Positions 39,202 through 52,612 of a stretch of 64,000 nt of DNA are shown here, piece after piece. Origin of the DNA: Azolla caroliniana. Lineage: Eukaryota; Plantae; Polypodiophyta. Under the pieces are notes generated by a model that saw only the letters and a program-made list of their open reading frames with translations, did not search any database and had not been told where the DNA came from. Every line of letters begins with the position of its first letter. The first letter of the stretch is position 1. Position numbers and translations under genes: made by a program. The stretch is from assembly GCA_043228905.1 (NCBI GenBank), contig JBHGNT010000002.1:11780001-11844000 (forward strand). Reading direction: 5' to 3'.

Positions 39202-42200
39202 AGTTGAGCGGACAAGCTCAACCGGGTTGGTATTTGGAACGGAGAACCAGATAGGTCCCAAATCGGTGTATGGTTAGATTAGTATTTGGAACTTGAAGCT
39301 AGACCGGAGAACCGGATCATACTCTGGAATAGTGAGAATCGGTAGGCCGTTGGAGGCCTGAGGTTCGAGCCTAGTACGTAGGCATATTCCTAGGAGTCAG
39401 TGGCAGTCGCTCGTATGAGCATTGAAGTACATGTCAGTACTTTGGTGAGTCCTTTTAAGGACTTGTATAAAAAGTGTTCTGTAGGACGTATACACACAGA
39501 GTGTTATTATTTTGAAATGGAGTTCTGCTCTCTTTGCCTGTCCTATGTATGTGTGTTTAAGGTTTCCATTAAACCTTCATCTCTATTTTTGTGTTGTCAG
39601 TTGTTATCCGGACGAGCCGGTTGTCTACGCTTCTGCACGTAATTCTTTACATGGCATCAAAGTGTGAGGGTTACAAATCCTCTGCTGCAGACAGAAATTG
39701 CTAGGTAGACAAAAACCTAATTTCCGGTAAAAGAAACAAACAAGAAGGAGAGAATGGACTGAGGAATGGCTAGCTCGCTCCCAACAGAGAAGCTCGACAG
39801 ATCTAACTACGCATCTTGGTTGTACAAGATGCACTAGTACCTACTCGGGCATAGCTACTCGAGTTATGTCGACGGAGCTAATGATACAACACCTGATGCG
39901 GCACATAGAGAATTTCTGGCTTGGGAACAAGCGGCAAGTAGGGAAATGTACTACTTTGCGTTCATTGTCGGAGATCAACTGCTTAGTCGTATCTAGGACA
40001 CCAAGATGCCAAAGGAAGCTTGGGCAAACCTGAAGAAGATCTTCGCCGCAAGCACCACGGCCCGGAAGCTGCATCTCTGATGGAGTTGAGCAATGTCTGA
40101 CAGAAGGATCTGTCGGTTGCCGACTACATGGCCACGATCAAAGACATTTGTGACTCACTTGCCTCCATCAACATGACCATCGAGGAAGATGAGATGGTGC
40201 AGGTCTGTCTCGGGGGCCTGGCATCGAAGTTCAGAGCATTCCGAATGACAATTTGTACAAGGGAGAATACACCCTCTTTTTCGACTTATTGTCGATGCTC
40301 CTTGTAGAGGAGAACCACGTGGGTGCGTCGGCGAGTACGCACACCGACAACAAATTGTTGTACATGGAGGCGGAGAGGCCGCATGGTCGTGACGGTCGAG
40401 GCGGATCGATGCGCAATGCAGGCGGTTGACAAGGGCAAAATCGGAGGCACAAAGATGGTGCCGACAACAATTCCGGACCCTCTGGAAATTGGGTGAGTCA
40501 AAGCGCCGGAAATCGACAAGGAAAGGCTAACGCAAAATGCTGGTATTGTGGTCGAAAGGGCCACAACGAAAGCGAGTGCTGGAAGAAAAGAGTCGACTCG
40601 GACAAAGCCGGATCGACCTAGAAAGACGCAGACATGCGTCACCGATCGCAGTTCATTGGGGCCCCGGAGAGAGTCGGGTAAGGACCAACCCTCGTAATGA
40701 AGCATAAGGTCAATCGGATGGGAGTATGCGACTCTAAGTTAGAAGAAGTTTGGTATGTGGACTCCGGAGCTTCAAACCAGATGACGAACCACAAAGAGTG
40801 GTTCTATATTCTCAAGAAGCCGGAGAAGCTGAGGGTAGTTGAAATCGGAGACGACACAATCGATTCCATCAAGCACATCGGAGATGTCCATCTGAGCCAT
40901 GTTGACCAAAAAGGAATAATGAGGAACGTCTTGCATATTCTGACGATCACCAAGAACTTAATGTTGGTCGGCTAGATCGTAGATCAAGGAATGTAGGTCC
41001 AATTCACTCACCACGGATGCGTCATTGAGGAGGAAGGTCGTATCATCGTGCTAGGGTGCCGGGATGGAATAATGTTCATCCTCAAAACCAATGATGTGGG
41101 CACCGTTATGTCCGCAAAAGGGCAGAAGGTCGAGTCAGACATCGACCTGTGGCATAAGCGGATAGGCCACATCAACTTCTGGAAGCTTCAGGAGATGCAG
41201 TCGAAACATGTGGTTTTTGGGGCAAAATTCAGTGGCCGGAAAGACCAAATATGTGAAGCTTGATAGCTCGGGAAGCAGCATAGGCTTCCATTCCCCAACG
41301 AGAAGAATCGGAGCTAGAATCGGCTCGATCTTATTCATTTGGATGTGTGGGGACTGACACAAAACGTGAGCATCAGCGGGAATTGATATTTCATTTCCTT
41401 CATCGATGATTTCAGCCGACACACTTGGATCTATCTGATCAAGAAGAAGAACAAAGTCTTCTCGTGCTTCCGGGACCTAAAGACTCATGTGGAATGAGAA
41501 ATCGGAAGAAAGGTCAAGTGCTTGAATTCGGATGACAGAAAATAATACTTTTCTGGCTAGTTCACGAGTTATCTACAGACCAAGGGAATTCATTGAGAGT
41601 CCTCTTGCAAGTACATGTCGGAGCAAAATGGCGTGGCCGAATGTTGGAATTGGACGTTGGGAGAAGCAGAAAGGGCAATGCTAGAAGAGAAGTGCATGCC
41701 TTGGAACTATTGGGCCGAGACAATTCGGATTGTCGTCTACATATAGAATCGAACATCTGCCTCCGGGACAAAGGTGTTGTCCCATGAATTGTACTTCGAG
41801 CAAAAGCTGAATTTGGTGCACCTACGGGTATTCGGAAGCATTGCATATGTGCATGTGCTAGATGAGAAGCGAAAGAAGCTAAATGCCAAGGCTGAGAAGT
41901 GTATCTTGGTTGGCTACTCCGATGAGCAGAAGGGGTACAATTGCTACAACCCCCGGTCAAAGCAAGTCCGAGTTAGCCGCGATGTCGTCTTCGATGAATC
42001 AACATCTTTGTACTTCTCATCACCCGAACCCGAACTGATTACTGAAGATGTTGCAACAGATTCCGGAATAGAGGGAGGCATAGTGGAATCCGAGCAACCA
42101 GATAGTCCGACTTCCATCCAGATCAGTGGACTGATTCCGAATTGGTTGAGTCGGAGCGATCAACCGGATGACGAACCAGCGAGTAGTGGAGACTCGACCG

Positions 42201-45200
42201 TGCTCTCCCTGTGCAAGGAATTGAGGAGGCGGTTCACGCGAAAGGAGAAATGGAAGAAGAAGATGCCGGAATATGACATCGGTAGGGATGAATCAGATCG
42301 TAGTGAATCCGACTTTGGGAAGCACGAAGAAGGATCTCTGGAGGAGAGGCCAGAGTCGGCCAAGAGGGCCATCAAATCGGTAGCGAAAAGTTGCGCTGAC
42401 CTACCTGCCAAAAGCACCCCATAGTTTGATACGGATATAACCAGTATATGGCGCATCATTATGCATACATGGTGAAGGTGGCAGTCATGCGTGAGCCGGA
42501 GAGCTACGCCAAGGCGGCTAAGGATCCGAACTAGCAGCAAGCCATGGAGGAAGAGATCCACGCGCTCATGGAAAATGAGACGTGGGACTTGGTGGACGTA
42601 CTGAAAGGAGTGAAGCCGATCGGTTTCCGATGGGTGTATAAAGTGAAATACAATGCCGATGGCTCCATCAATTGGTACAAGGCCCGGTTAGTGGCGAAGG
42701 GCTACGCGCAACAACACACTCGATTATGATGAGACCTTCGTGATGGTCACGAAGATGACGACTGTCCGTGTCCTGCTTGTAGTGGCAATGACGAATACAT
42801 AAAATGGATGTGAAAAACGCATTCTTGCAAGGTGATCTTGAGGAACATGTATATATGGTTCAACCCCCCGAATTTTAGTCCGGTATGAACACGGACTGAA
42901 GTAGGCCCCACATGCTTGGAACGCAAAGATCATGCAACAATTGCGTCGGATGGGGTTTCCATTGTCGAAATCAGATTCTTCACTCTCCATCTGATAGGGT
43001 CATAACGGGCCGGAAAGCATTTTGCTCTATGTGGATGATCTAGTCATCGCTGACGCCGACCAGGAAGGAATCAACTGCGTCAAGTCCAAACACTCGGCAT
43101 CATTTGAAATGAAGGATCTTGGGGACCTTCATTACTTCCATTGGATTGAAGTGATCCGCACCCCGGAAGGCATACTAATTAGTCAACGTCATTATGTGTT
43201 GAGTATGCTCTTCACATTTGGTATGACAAAATGCAAATTTGTCTCGACTTCGTTGGATAGGAATGTGAAGCTTCACCCCGACTCCGGAATGGCATGCGAT
43301 CTGAAATGGTTCTCACAGACTGTCGGAAGCCTTATCTACTTGACCATCACCTGGCCGGACCTCAGCTATCGAGTCGGCTTGATTAGTTAGTTCATGGCAC
43401 ATCTGATTGTGGAGCATCTTCCGTGCGCGCACCGAATACTCTGGTATGTCAATGACACTAAGGACAGAGGGTTGCGATATCGGGCCAGTGTAGCCGGACA
43501 ATTAGTCGGCTACACGGATGTCGATTGGGCCGGAAATGTCGGCAACTGCAGGTCAACATTTGGATTCGCATTTTCACTTCCTAAGCGTCGTGGTCGCCTG
43601 GAGCAGCAAAAAGTAGTCGATAGCCGCACTGTCAAGCACCAAGGCCGAGTATAGAGGAGTGGCCGTCGTGACATGCAAGGTCATTTGGCTCAAATGGTTA
43701 TTGAAGGATCTGTAGGTGGAGGTGTTTGATCCGATGACGATCTACTATGACAACCTCAGCAACATCCAGCTAAAGAAGAACCCCGTCTTCCACGCCCGGA
43801 CTAAGCACATTGAGGTGCATTACCATTTTGTCTGAGAGCGAGTCCTCTACGGTGAAGTCGAACTAATATATGTTTCGACAGATCGGCATATTGTCGACAT
43901 CTTCACCAAACCTCTCGGCCTAGAGAAGTTGCGGCAATTTTCGGGCCTGCTTGGTCTCGAGCACCTTGATATGCCGAACTTGAGGGGGAGAGGTGACACC
44001 GAAAAGGAGGAGAGAGATGATGATGTCTGGAAAGCCGAATCGGATGAAGAATTCGATTTCGGATCAACTGAAGAAGTCGGAATGTTCGAGTCGGCTGAAG
44101 AAGTTAAGGACGGATAGACATGTGTAGATAGAACGAACAAGTGGAGACTTGTCAGATGCAGGGGGAGCGACCACAAAGGGAAGCTAGAGCCAAAGCCAAC
44201 CGAAAAAGGGGGAGTTAAAGCCAACAAGGCCAAGAAGAGCAAGCCATGGACATGGTCTGATGTCGTGAAGGGTCTGAAGATTGAGGAAGAGTTGGACATA
44301 GCCAACTCAGACAAGAACAGGAATGAATTAGGGATGGCTGATTCGGTCATGAGTCGAAGCGAATCGGAATCAACCGATTCAATCAAAATATTCGATTCGG
44401 AGGAGCCAAATCATTTGGCCAAGCCATCGAGAGGATAGGGGAAGTCGACATTGACACAGAGGCGATGATGGGTCGAGAAGCATCAGAGTTGCGACAACGA
44501 GGGAGTTGACTTGGGCCAAAGGAGCAGACAAACCGACCGAGAAGGTCGAGGTGCGCGGAACTGGACGGGTCGTGAGAAGAGGAACCAGACCGACTGAGGA
44601 GCGCGAGCCATGTGGGAAGATGCCAGGAGGAGCCGGAGGAAAAGACCAGTGGACACACACACAACGATTCGACCTCAAGTTGAGCTTGAGGGAGAGTGTT
44701 GAGCGGACAAGCTCAACCAAATCCGGATCCGCTCAATAAGCCAAAACCGGATCGGTATCCGGAACGGAGAACCAAATAGATACCTGGATCAGTGTCCGAA
44801 TAGATCGGTATGCAGAACCTAGAGCCGGACTGGAGAACCGGATCGTACTCCGGAATAGTGAGAACCGGTAGGCCGTTGGAGGCCTACGGTTTGAGCCTAG
44901 TACGTAGGCATATTCCTCAGAGTCAATGTCAGTCGCCCGTATGAGTAGCAATGGGCCCGGTTCAGTTCGGTTTCTTGGCCTTGAAACCAAACCAAACCAA
45001 ACCATTTATTTATAATAAAAACGAAACCAAATTGTTTACGGAAATTTTAGAACCAAACCAAACCGGTTTATCATAAATCAAAACCAAACCAAATCATTTT
45101 TTTGAGATATTGATTATCATACATATTATGAATTTATGTGAGAAAATCATCATAAATTTGGTTATCATACTTATCATAAATTTAGTTATCACACTTATTA

Positions 45201-45832
45201 TAAATTTGGTCATCATACCTTTCATAAATTTAGTCATCATACATATTATAAATTTGGTCATTATACTTATCATAAATTTGATAATCATACATCAAAAGGA
45301 CACTCTACTTATAATGTATATAAAAGTTAAAAGTTAGCCTAGAGGTGAAAATTTAGGAATATTTTTTAACCTATAAACCTATAAACCTATAAACCTTTAA
45401 ACCAAACCACAAAAACCGAAACTGCTAAACCGCTAAACCATGAAATTCAAAACTGAACCGAACCAAAACCAAACCGGATCATAACATTTGAAACCAAATG
45501 GTTTATTTATTTTTGAACCAATAAACCGTTAAGCCACGGTTTAACGGTTCGGTTCGGTTCGGTTTGAGCCGAAACCGGGCCCATTGCTACGTATGAGCAT
45601 TGAAGTACATGTCAGTACTTCAGTTAGTCGTTTTAAGAACTTGTATAAAAAGTGTTCTGTAGGACATTCATATAAACAGAGAGTTTTATTATTTTGAATT
45701 GAGTTCTGCTCTCTTTGTCTCTCCTGTGTAGGTGTGTTTAAGGTTTCCATTAAACCTTCATCTCTATTTCTGTGTTGTTTGTTGTTATCTGGACGAGCCA
45801 GTTGTTTACGCTTCCACACATAATTCTTTACA
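39202..45832 (+). mobile_element. Ty1/Copia LTR retrotransposon, decayed, with extended 3' region
   Basis: LTRs 39202-39651 and 44697-45832, TSD GCAAC/ACAAC (1 mismatch), degenerate Met PBS TGGCATCAAAGT. Gag zinc knuckle, WYVDSGAS, LWHKRIGH, integrase, [26 protein letters not shown]. Confidence 0.92.
44946..45589. mobile_element. hAT-type MITE in the Copia 3' LTR
   Basis: 17-bp TIRs TAGCAATGGGCCCGGTT / AACCGGGCCCATTGCTA, 8-bp TSD CGTATGAG (44938-44945 / 45590-45597), AAACC subterminal repeats, internal 24-bp tandem array (45115-45290). Confidence 0.93.
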
Positions 45833-46123
45833 ACAACACCACCAAATCCCTCATTCCTAGTTGTCATGTGCACAATTTTCACACCCTTCTTGCAAATTTT
45901 CACGAAATCTTTCGTGAACACAATGTCAAAGAGTCGTAAGGAGAGATGGTGGAAAGCAAAAATGATGAGTTTGTAAAGATGATAATAGGGGGATGAAGCA
46001 AATAATGTAAAATCAGAAACTATGGAGGGTACACCATAGAAAGTGGTAGGTTAATGAATCGTTGCTCCTGAACAACTCACCATACAAAAGTGGTTGATCC
46101 TTGGGGAACCACCATGGAAAAAA

Positions 46124-47800
46124 TGTTGGGATTTCGGTCCCTCCGGATGGGATCTTCAGAACCGGATGTAGAAGACATATTTGTAAATATGTTTTTAAGT
46201 AAGCCCATGGAGGCTATATTTGTAAATAGTCCTAAAGGAATATTAGTATAAATATGACCTAGGGCAAACACTTATTAGTGTAGTTGTTGTCATATTGTTG
46301 TATAGAGAGAGCGATAGAGAGAGCGACAAAGAGAGAGAGTGAGGTACAGAGAAATACTCTGTTGTAACCGCCGGTTGGCGAAGAAACAGAGCTCGAGGTC
46401 GTTGCCTCCGAGTCTCTGATTGCACCCCCTTCTCTCCATAGTGATAGTTCGGAGTCTGTGGGCTCCCGTGGTTTTTCCCATTCTGGGTTTTCCACGAAAA
46501 CATCCTGTGTTCACTTTTGAGTTCCCATTTCTATGTTCTCCATCCTAATTTTATGTGATTCTAGACTCGGTTGTGGTCGAGTAACATTCTGCGATTCTCA
46601 TCAATGTGGTATCAGAGCGAACAACACAGGAAATGGAAGAATCGTTCGACGACATGTTCAAGCTCATCGGCTCCAACTACTCAGTGTGGAAGTCGAAGAT
46701 GAGGGATATGTTGATGGTCAAAGATCTTTGGTTGCCGGTTCAGTTCGGGGACAAGAGACCGGATAAGATTGACGCCACAGTGTGGGAGGTGATGCACATG
46801 AAGACGATGACATACATCCGGTGCTTCATTGACATGAGCCTGTATGGCGAAGCAAATGAATGCCTTCCAGGGACTGATACATCAGGCAACCACGTTGGAA
46901 GTACCACTCGCCGAGGAGGTACTTGCTCTACTCCTGCTCGGTTCCCTCCCGGATAGTTGGGAGACGTTAGTTGTCACGTTGGGCAACGCCGGGCCGGAAG
47001 GAAAACAACGATCCCTAGCAAGGGTCAAGTCAAGCTTACTAGATGAGGAGACGTGTCGGAAAGACAAGGAGGTGATCTCCGACACCAAAGCCCTCCTTAC
47101 CCAATCGGAACGCGGAAGACAAAGGTATCAGAGTGCCCCGAACTGGGAAAATTGGGGACACGGTCAAAGTCAAGGGGGAGGACCACTTGCTTCTATTGCG
47201 GCAAGCCGGGGCACTTCTAGAAGAACTGTCGGCATTTCCGGAAAGACAAGGGAACCGACAGTACCGATTCGAAGAAGTCACAAGACCGAAACGGTTCGGA
47301 TTGGCGAGGCCCAAACCGGAAGGGAACGACGACGATCACGGCAAGTGAAGAGGAACTAATGCTCATCACCGAGGAGAGTGAGTTGAACCTTGCCGGCGAC
47401 GAGACAACGTGGGTTGTCGATTCCGGAGCGTCGTTCCACCTTAACCCGGACCGGAAATGCTTCTCATCCTACACAGCCAGTGAACACGACTGTGTCCGAA
47501 TGGGGAATGAAGGTACATTCCGAATTGTCGGCATAGGAGACGTGTGGTTGACAACACCAAACGGATGCAAGTTGCTACTGAAGGATGTCCGACACGTTTC
47601 GGAGGTTCGATTGAACCTAATATCAGCCGGTCGGCTAGATGATGAAGGCAACAAAGGTAGCATCCGGAACGAAGTCATGAAGTTTAGTAAGGGGAGCCTA
47701 ATAGTGGCTCGGGCCCGGAAAGTCAACACATTCTACCTGATGAACGTCTGGGTATGCTGGGAAGAAGAAGTGAACGTTGCTTCCGACACTACCGGTGAAC
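46124..47800 (+). mobile_element. Copia family-A element, 3'-truncated (5' LTR 46124-46603, PBS, gag, protease)
   Basis: TGTTGGGA...CATCA LTR, TGGTATCAGAGC at 46607-46618, KLIGSNYSVWK, LLGSLPDSW, WVVDSGASFH. Confidence 0.88.
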
Positions 47801-48554
47801 AAATTGGAAGATGCCTAGAGGACTTAACGTTGGCATTGAACAAACTAAAGGAAGCTAGGCTCCGTAATAAGGGGAGGTTTGATCGAACACATCGTCTACG
47901 TTTGACATTATTTTGGACAACCAACAAAGTACAACGAGGAGGTTTGTGAAACAATGCTTTGGGCCGTACATGTTAATCAAAGTTAATGATAATGTTATCT
48001 ACCACCTCACTAAGTTGGAGGGAATGAGGTTAACAATACGAATAGATGGGAAGAGAATTAAGACATGCTAGAACGAGAGGACAAAGAACCATAAATTGAA
48101 GGTCTTAAGTGAAGAGAATAGCGCGGAATATAGCTCGGCCACAAACGAGTAATGAATCACTTGAATGAGAATGAAACACAAAAATGGGAAATAGAGAGTG
48201 AACACACGTACACGCACACACAATAGAGAGTACTCAAGATGTTTACGTGGAAAACCCTAATGGGAGAAAACCATGGGAGCCCACAGACTCCAAGCTATTA
48301 CTATATATAGGAAAGATACAATCAGAGACTCGGAGGCAACAACCTCGAGCTCTGTATCCTCACCAACCGGTGGTTACAACAGAGTATAACTCTATATCTC
48401 CTCTCTCACTATACAATAGTTATATCAACAACAATATGACAACCACACACATTAAGTGATTGCCCTAAGTCATATTTATACTTATATGAACTTAGGACTA
48501 TTTACAAATATAGCCACAATAGGCTTACTCAAAAAACATATTTACAAATATTTC

Positions 48555-49040
48555 TTCTTCCGGTTCTCACCGGGTCCACTTCATTCATAACCGGATCCCA
48601 TTCGGAGGGACCAATTTCCTGACAATCGCCGCCTTTACTCCGCATGGGATGTCTTGCCAACCCGATCCTCTTTTAGCACACGTCCAACTTGTTGGTTGTC
48701 AACACCTTGGTCAGCATATCCGACCCGTTCTCCTCTGTGTGGATCTTCGTCAACACGAACTCTTGATCTTCTACTCTCTCCCGGATCCAGTGGTAACTCT
48801 TCTTCCGGTTCTCACCGGGTCCACTTCATTCATAACCGGATCCCATTCGGAGGGACCAATTTCCTGACAATCGCCGCCTTTACTCCGCATGGGATGTCTT
48901 GCCAACCCGATCCGCTTTTAGCACACGTCCAACTTGTTGGTTGTCAACACCTTGGTCAGCATATCCGACCCGTTCTCCTCTGTGTGGATCTTCGTCAACA
49001 CGAACTCTTGATCTTCTACTCTCTCCCGGATCCAGTGGTA
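48555..49040. repeat. Near-perfect tandem duplication of about 245 bp spanning RNase H end, PPT and LTR start
   Basis: CTTCTTCCGGTTCTCACCGGG...CCGGATCCAGTGGTA repeated; ORFs starting at 48654 and 48899 are nearly identical. Confidence 0.9.
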
Positions 49041-49394
49041 TCTCTGTTGGATATGTTTCGTCCGGGAATGGTAGGTTGCGTTCTTTGCAAGGTGGATGGC
49101 ACTTTGACTGCCGCAGTAGAGCCGATATTTCTCCTGTTGGATCCCTAGCTCTCCGATGAAGTCCTTCATCCAGATTATCTCCTTGCCGGCTTCTACAGCT
49201 CTGGCATGTACTCCGCCTCTCTGGTTGACAATGCAACCATCTCCTGCAGCCTCGACTGTCATGAAACAACCCCCCCTGCACAAGTCATGACATATCCGAA
49301 TGTAAACCAGCTGGTATCCGCATAAGCCGACATATCCGAATGCGTGAATCCGTCAAGTTGGGGATTACCGGAGCCGAACCGGAGGCATATAATC

Positions 49395-50137
49395 TGTTAG
49401 TAAACAGGTCCCTCCGGATGGGAAGTGAGAAGAACAGTACTGATGAGCAAACTCTGTAAGGCATATACTCTGTTAGGAAACCAGATGTGGAGTACCCGGC
49501 AACGGAAGACCCGGTGAGAACCGGATGACGAGTACCCGGCAAGAGCCGGATGGTGAAGACTCGGTGAGAACCGGATGTGGAGTACCCGGCAATGGAAGAC
49601 CCGGTGAGAACCGGATGACGTGTGCCCGGCAAGCGCCGGATGATGCAGGCCCGGTGAGGAGTGCTCACCGGATGAAGGGACATATTCGTAAATATGTTTC
49701 TGAGAGTCCATCGGGACTATATTTGTAAATAGCCCAAAAGTCATATTAGTATAAATTAGACTTAGGGCAAACTTATGAAAATGTTGTTGTCATTCTTGTT
49801 GGTGCAAGACTAGAGAGAGCGTAACAGTGTATAGAGAGAGAGAGAGAGAGAGAGGGAGGAAGAGGTCGTTGCCTCTATTGTAACCGCCGTCTGTGGCGAA
49901 GATCGTGAGCACGAGGTCGTTGCCTCCGTGAGCTCACTGTTGTAATCATTGTGATATAGTGATAGTTTGGAGTCTGTGGACTCTCGTGGTTTTTTCCCTC
50001 TCAGGGTTTTCCACGTTAAACATCCTGTGTACTCTTCTCTCCTTTGTGTCGTGCATTTCATTATCCTTTTTTCTGTGTTTGATTCTAAGCTTGGTTGTGG
50101 CCGAGCGTTGTTCATCGGGAGCACATAGTTCCTATCA
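49395..50137 (+). mobile_element. Solo LTR of a family-A-related Copia inserted antisense in the RT/RNase H junction
   Basis: TGTTAG...CCTATCA, TSD TAATC/TACTC (1 mismatch), host RT reading resumes on both sides. Internal GC-rich tandem repeats at 49480-49675. Confidence 0.82.
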
Positions 50138-52612
50138 TACTCGAGGTGCCTTTCAAATACCAGAGTATCCACTTGACCGCGTTCTAGTGCTCTCTTCGGG
50201 GATTGCTCATGAACCCGCTCACCAGTCCGATTGCATATCCGATATCCGGCCGGGTACATACTATTGCTCACATCAAGCTCCCGATGGCAGAGGCATATAG
50301 TATCTTCATCATATCCGTCTTCTCCGCCTTTGTCCTCGGGCTTTGTTTTCCGGATAGCTTGCAATTTGTTGAAAGTGTCGATCCGACCGGTTTCGCCTCC
50401 GACATATTGAACCATTGGAGCACCTTTGTCACGTACTTCTCCTGTGACAACCACAACAACTTCTTCAACTGGACCCGAATGATGTGCATTCCCAATATCT
50501 GTCTTGCTGGACCCAAGTCTTTCATTGAGAATGTTCGGTTCAGAGCCTTCTTCAGCATCTGAATCTTGCCTTGGTCTCGTCTGACGATCAACATATCATC
50601 CACATATAGGAGGACTATCAGGAAATCTCCTTCGTCAAATTTCTTCACAAACACGCAATGATCGGCCTGCGTCTTGTGGTACCCTTGGTTGGTCATGAAT
50701 GAGTCAAATTTCCAGTACCATTGCCGGGGGTCTTGCTTCAATCCGTATAAGCTCTTCTCCAGTACCTTCCCGTTCTTTTCAAATCCTTTTGGTTGATGCA
50801 TGTAGATCTCATCTTTAAGGTCGCCATGTAGGAATGCCGTCTTGATGTCTAGTTGATGTAATGGGTGATAACGGCCTCCCTCCTTGGGCTATAAAAGAGA
50901 GGGAGAGGAATGAGAAAGGCATCGCGCATTAGAGAGGACGACGTGGAAAACCCTAATGGGAAAAAACCACGGGAGCCCACATACTCCAAGCTATCACTAT
51001 ATATAGGAAAGATACAATCAGAGACTTGGAGGCAACAACCTCGAGCTTTGTATCCTTGCCAACCGGCGATTACAACAAAGTATAACTCTATATGTCCTCT
51101 CTAACTATACAATAGTTATATCAACAACAATATGACAACCACACACATTAAGTGATTTCCCTAAGTTATATTTATACTTATATGAACTTAGGGCTATTTA
51201 CAAATATAGACACAATAGGCTTACTCAAAAAACATATTTACAAATATTTCTTCTTCCGGTTCTCACCGGGTCCACTTCATTCATAACCGGATCCGATTCG
51301 GAGGGACCGATCTCCCAACATTAAGATCAACGATAGTGATGAAGAACTGGACGTGGTAAATGGAGGTGAAGAGTGAATGTTGGTACCACACTTTGCACAT
51401 ATCAAAGGATATGCACGTTCGGTGGGGTGGATGTCATAATGTGGGAAATGCATAAAAGGAAATAAGTTAAAATAGGAATATCAAAGAGACTGAATGATAA
51501 GTTGAGGTTGTGGTATGTAGGAAAAGTAACGTGTTGCATTTAAAAACAATAAAAGTCTTAACTCAATTGATAAGAGTTTGGGAAAAAAAGTCTAAGCTCA
51601 ATTGATAAAAAAGTCTAAGCTCAATTGATAAAAAAGTCTTAGCTCAATTGCGTAATATGAGTGATAGGTCAAAAAATAGAGCGTGTAATTGGGAAAGAAA
51701 AAGCATGGTGCATGCTAAAATAAAGAAACATCCACTAACTTTATTCGGGGGAGAGTCTCTTGAATCCTATAAAAGGAAAATGAGAGCTCATTGTTAAGGT
51801 GGAAGGAAAGTGAAAGACATAGAAGCTCTACCAAGATTAAGAAGTGAGGAAGCTAGGGTTACGAATCAAGAGGGTGTGTAAGACCAACATCGACAAGAGG
51901 TGATGTCACCGTTGTTGTTGGGATGTTGCACCAAAACTCAAGGATCTCCCCTTGAAGCTCTAATTGCGAACTTAACTTCTCGAATTATTCTTTTCTTCTT
52001 CATCATCTTCTTCTTCTCTACAACATACTTGTTGACTTAGGGTTTTATTTTCTTCTTCTTCACGAAATTTAGGGTTCTTCGTTTATGATTTATTTCTGAG
52101 AGGTTAGCACTATTGTAATCATTTACCCCAAAAACTTGTAATCCCTATTTTATAAAAGGAATTTCTTTCTTAATCTAATAGTTTCAGGTTTAATATTGTG
52201 AAATCTATTCCTAATCACATATTCTTTGAGCTCATCTTGTGTTATGTTGTCGTGCCTATCGACACCAGATCGTTGCATGAGTCGGGTGGGAACCGTTGGG
52301 GTTTTCTACTAGGAGGCAAAGAATTCTAAAACAGATACGAATGTGAATAGATATTAAGAAAGAGATAGAAATTCGTGAATCCCACAAATATAATGAATTA
52401 GTTGAACTTAATATTTAAAATCACAGTAATAAATTGAAATAGTTTAGAATAGATTAGAGTAGATTGAGAAAAGAGATCAACAGTTGTGAATCCCACAAGT
52501 ATTATATTACTCAATATTTAGATCGTAATAAAAAACCCAAGAATCCATCATCTCAATACATCTTTCTCTTCCCTTCATATCGTAACAGAAGAGGCTAAGT
52601 ATATCTTACCAC

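Larger units (their letters stand above)
48110..51320 (-). mobile_element. Copia family-A element with internal deletion (3' LTR 48110-48624, RT and RNase H, partial 5' LTR 50941-51320)
   Basis: TSD TTAAG on both sides. LYVDD RT (50268-50801), RNase H HSRTKHI (48918-49283). Gag to integrase is missing. Confidence 0.88.
45900..52587 (+). mobile_element. Old Gypsy remnant (integrase C-terminus, PPT, 3' LTR about 51432-52587) hosting the family-A Copia insertions
   Basis: Integrase-like pieces at 45900-46123, 47800-48109 (RLRNKGRFDRTHRLR) and 51321-51430. Purine run GGTGGGGTGGA precedes TGTCATAA...CGTAACA. Confidence 0.55.

Noticed and set aside
43847-44386. 179-aa Ser-rich minus-strand ORF as an env-like or antisense gene
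   Set aside because: Composition is explained as the reverse complement of the E/K/D-rich plus-strand frame; no independent support.
45115-45290. 24-bp array giving Ile/Met-rich ORFs on both strands
   Set aside because: Internal minisatellite of a MITE with clear TIRs and TSD; the ORFs are by-products.
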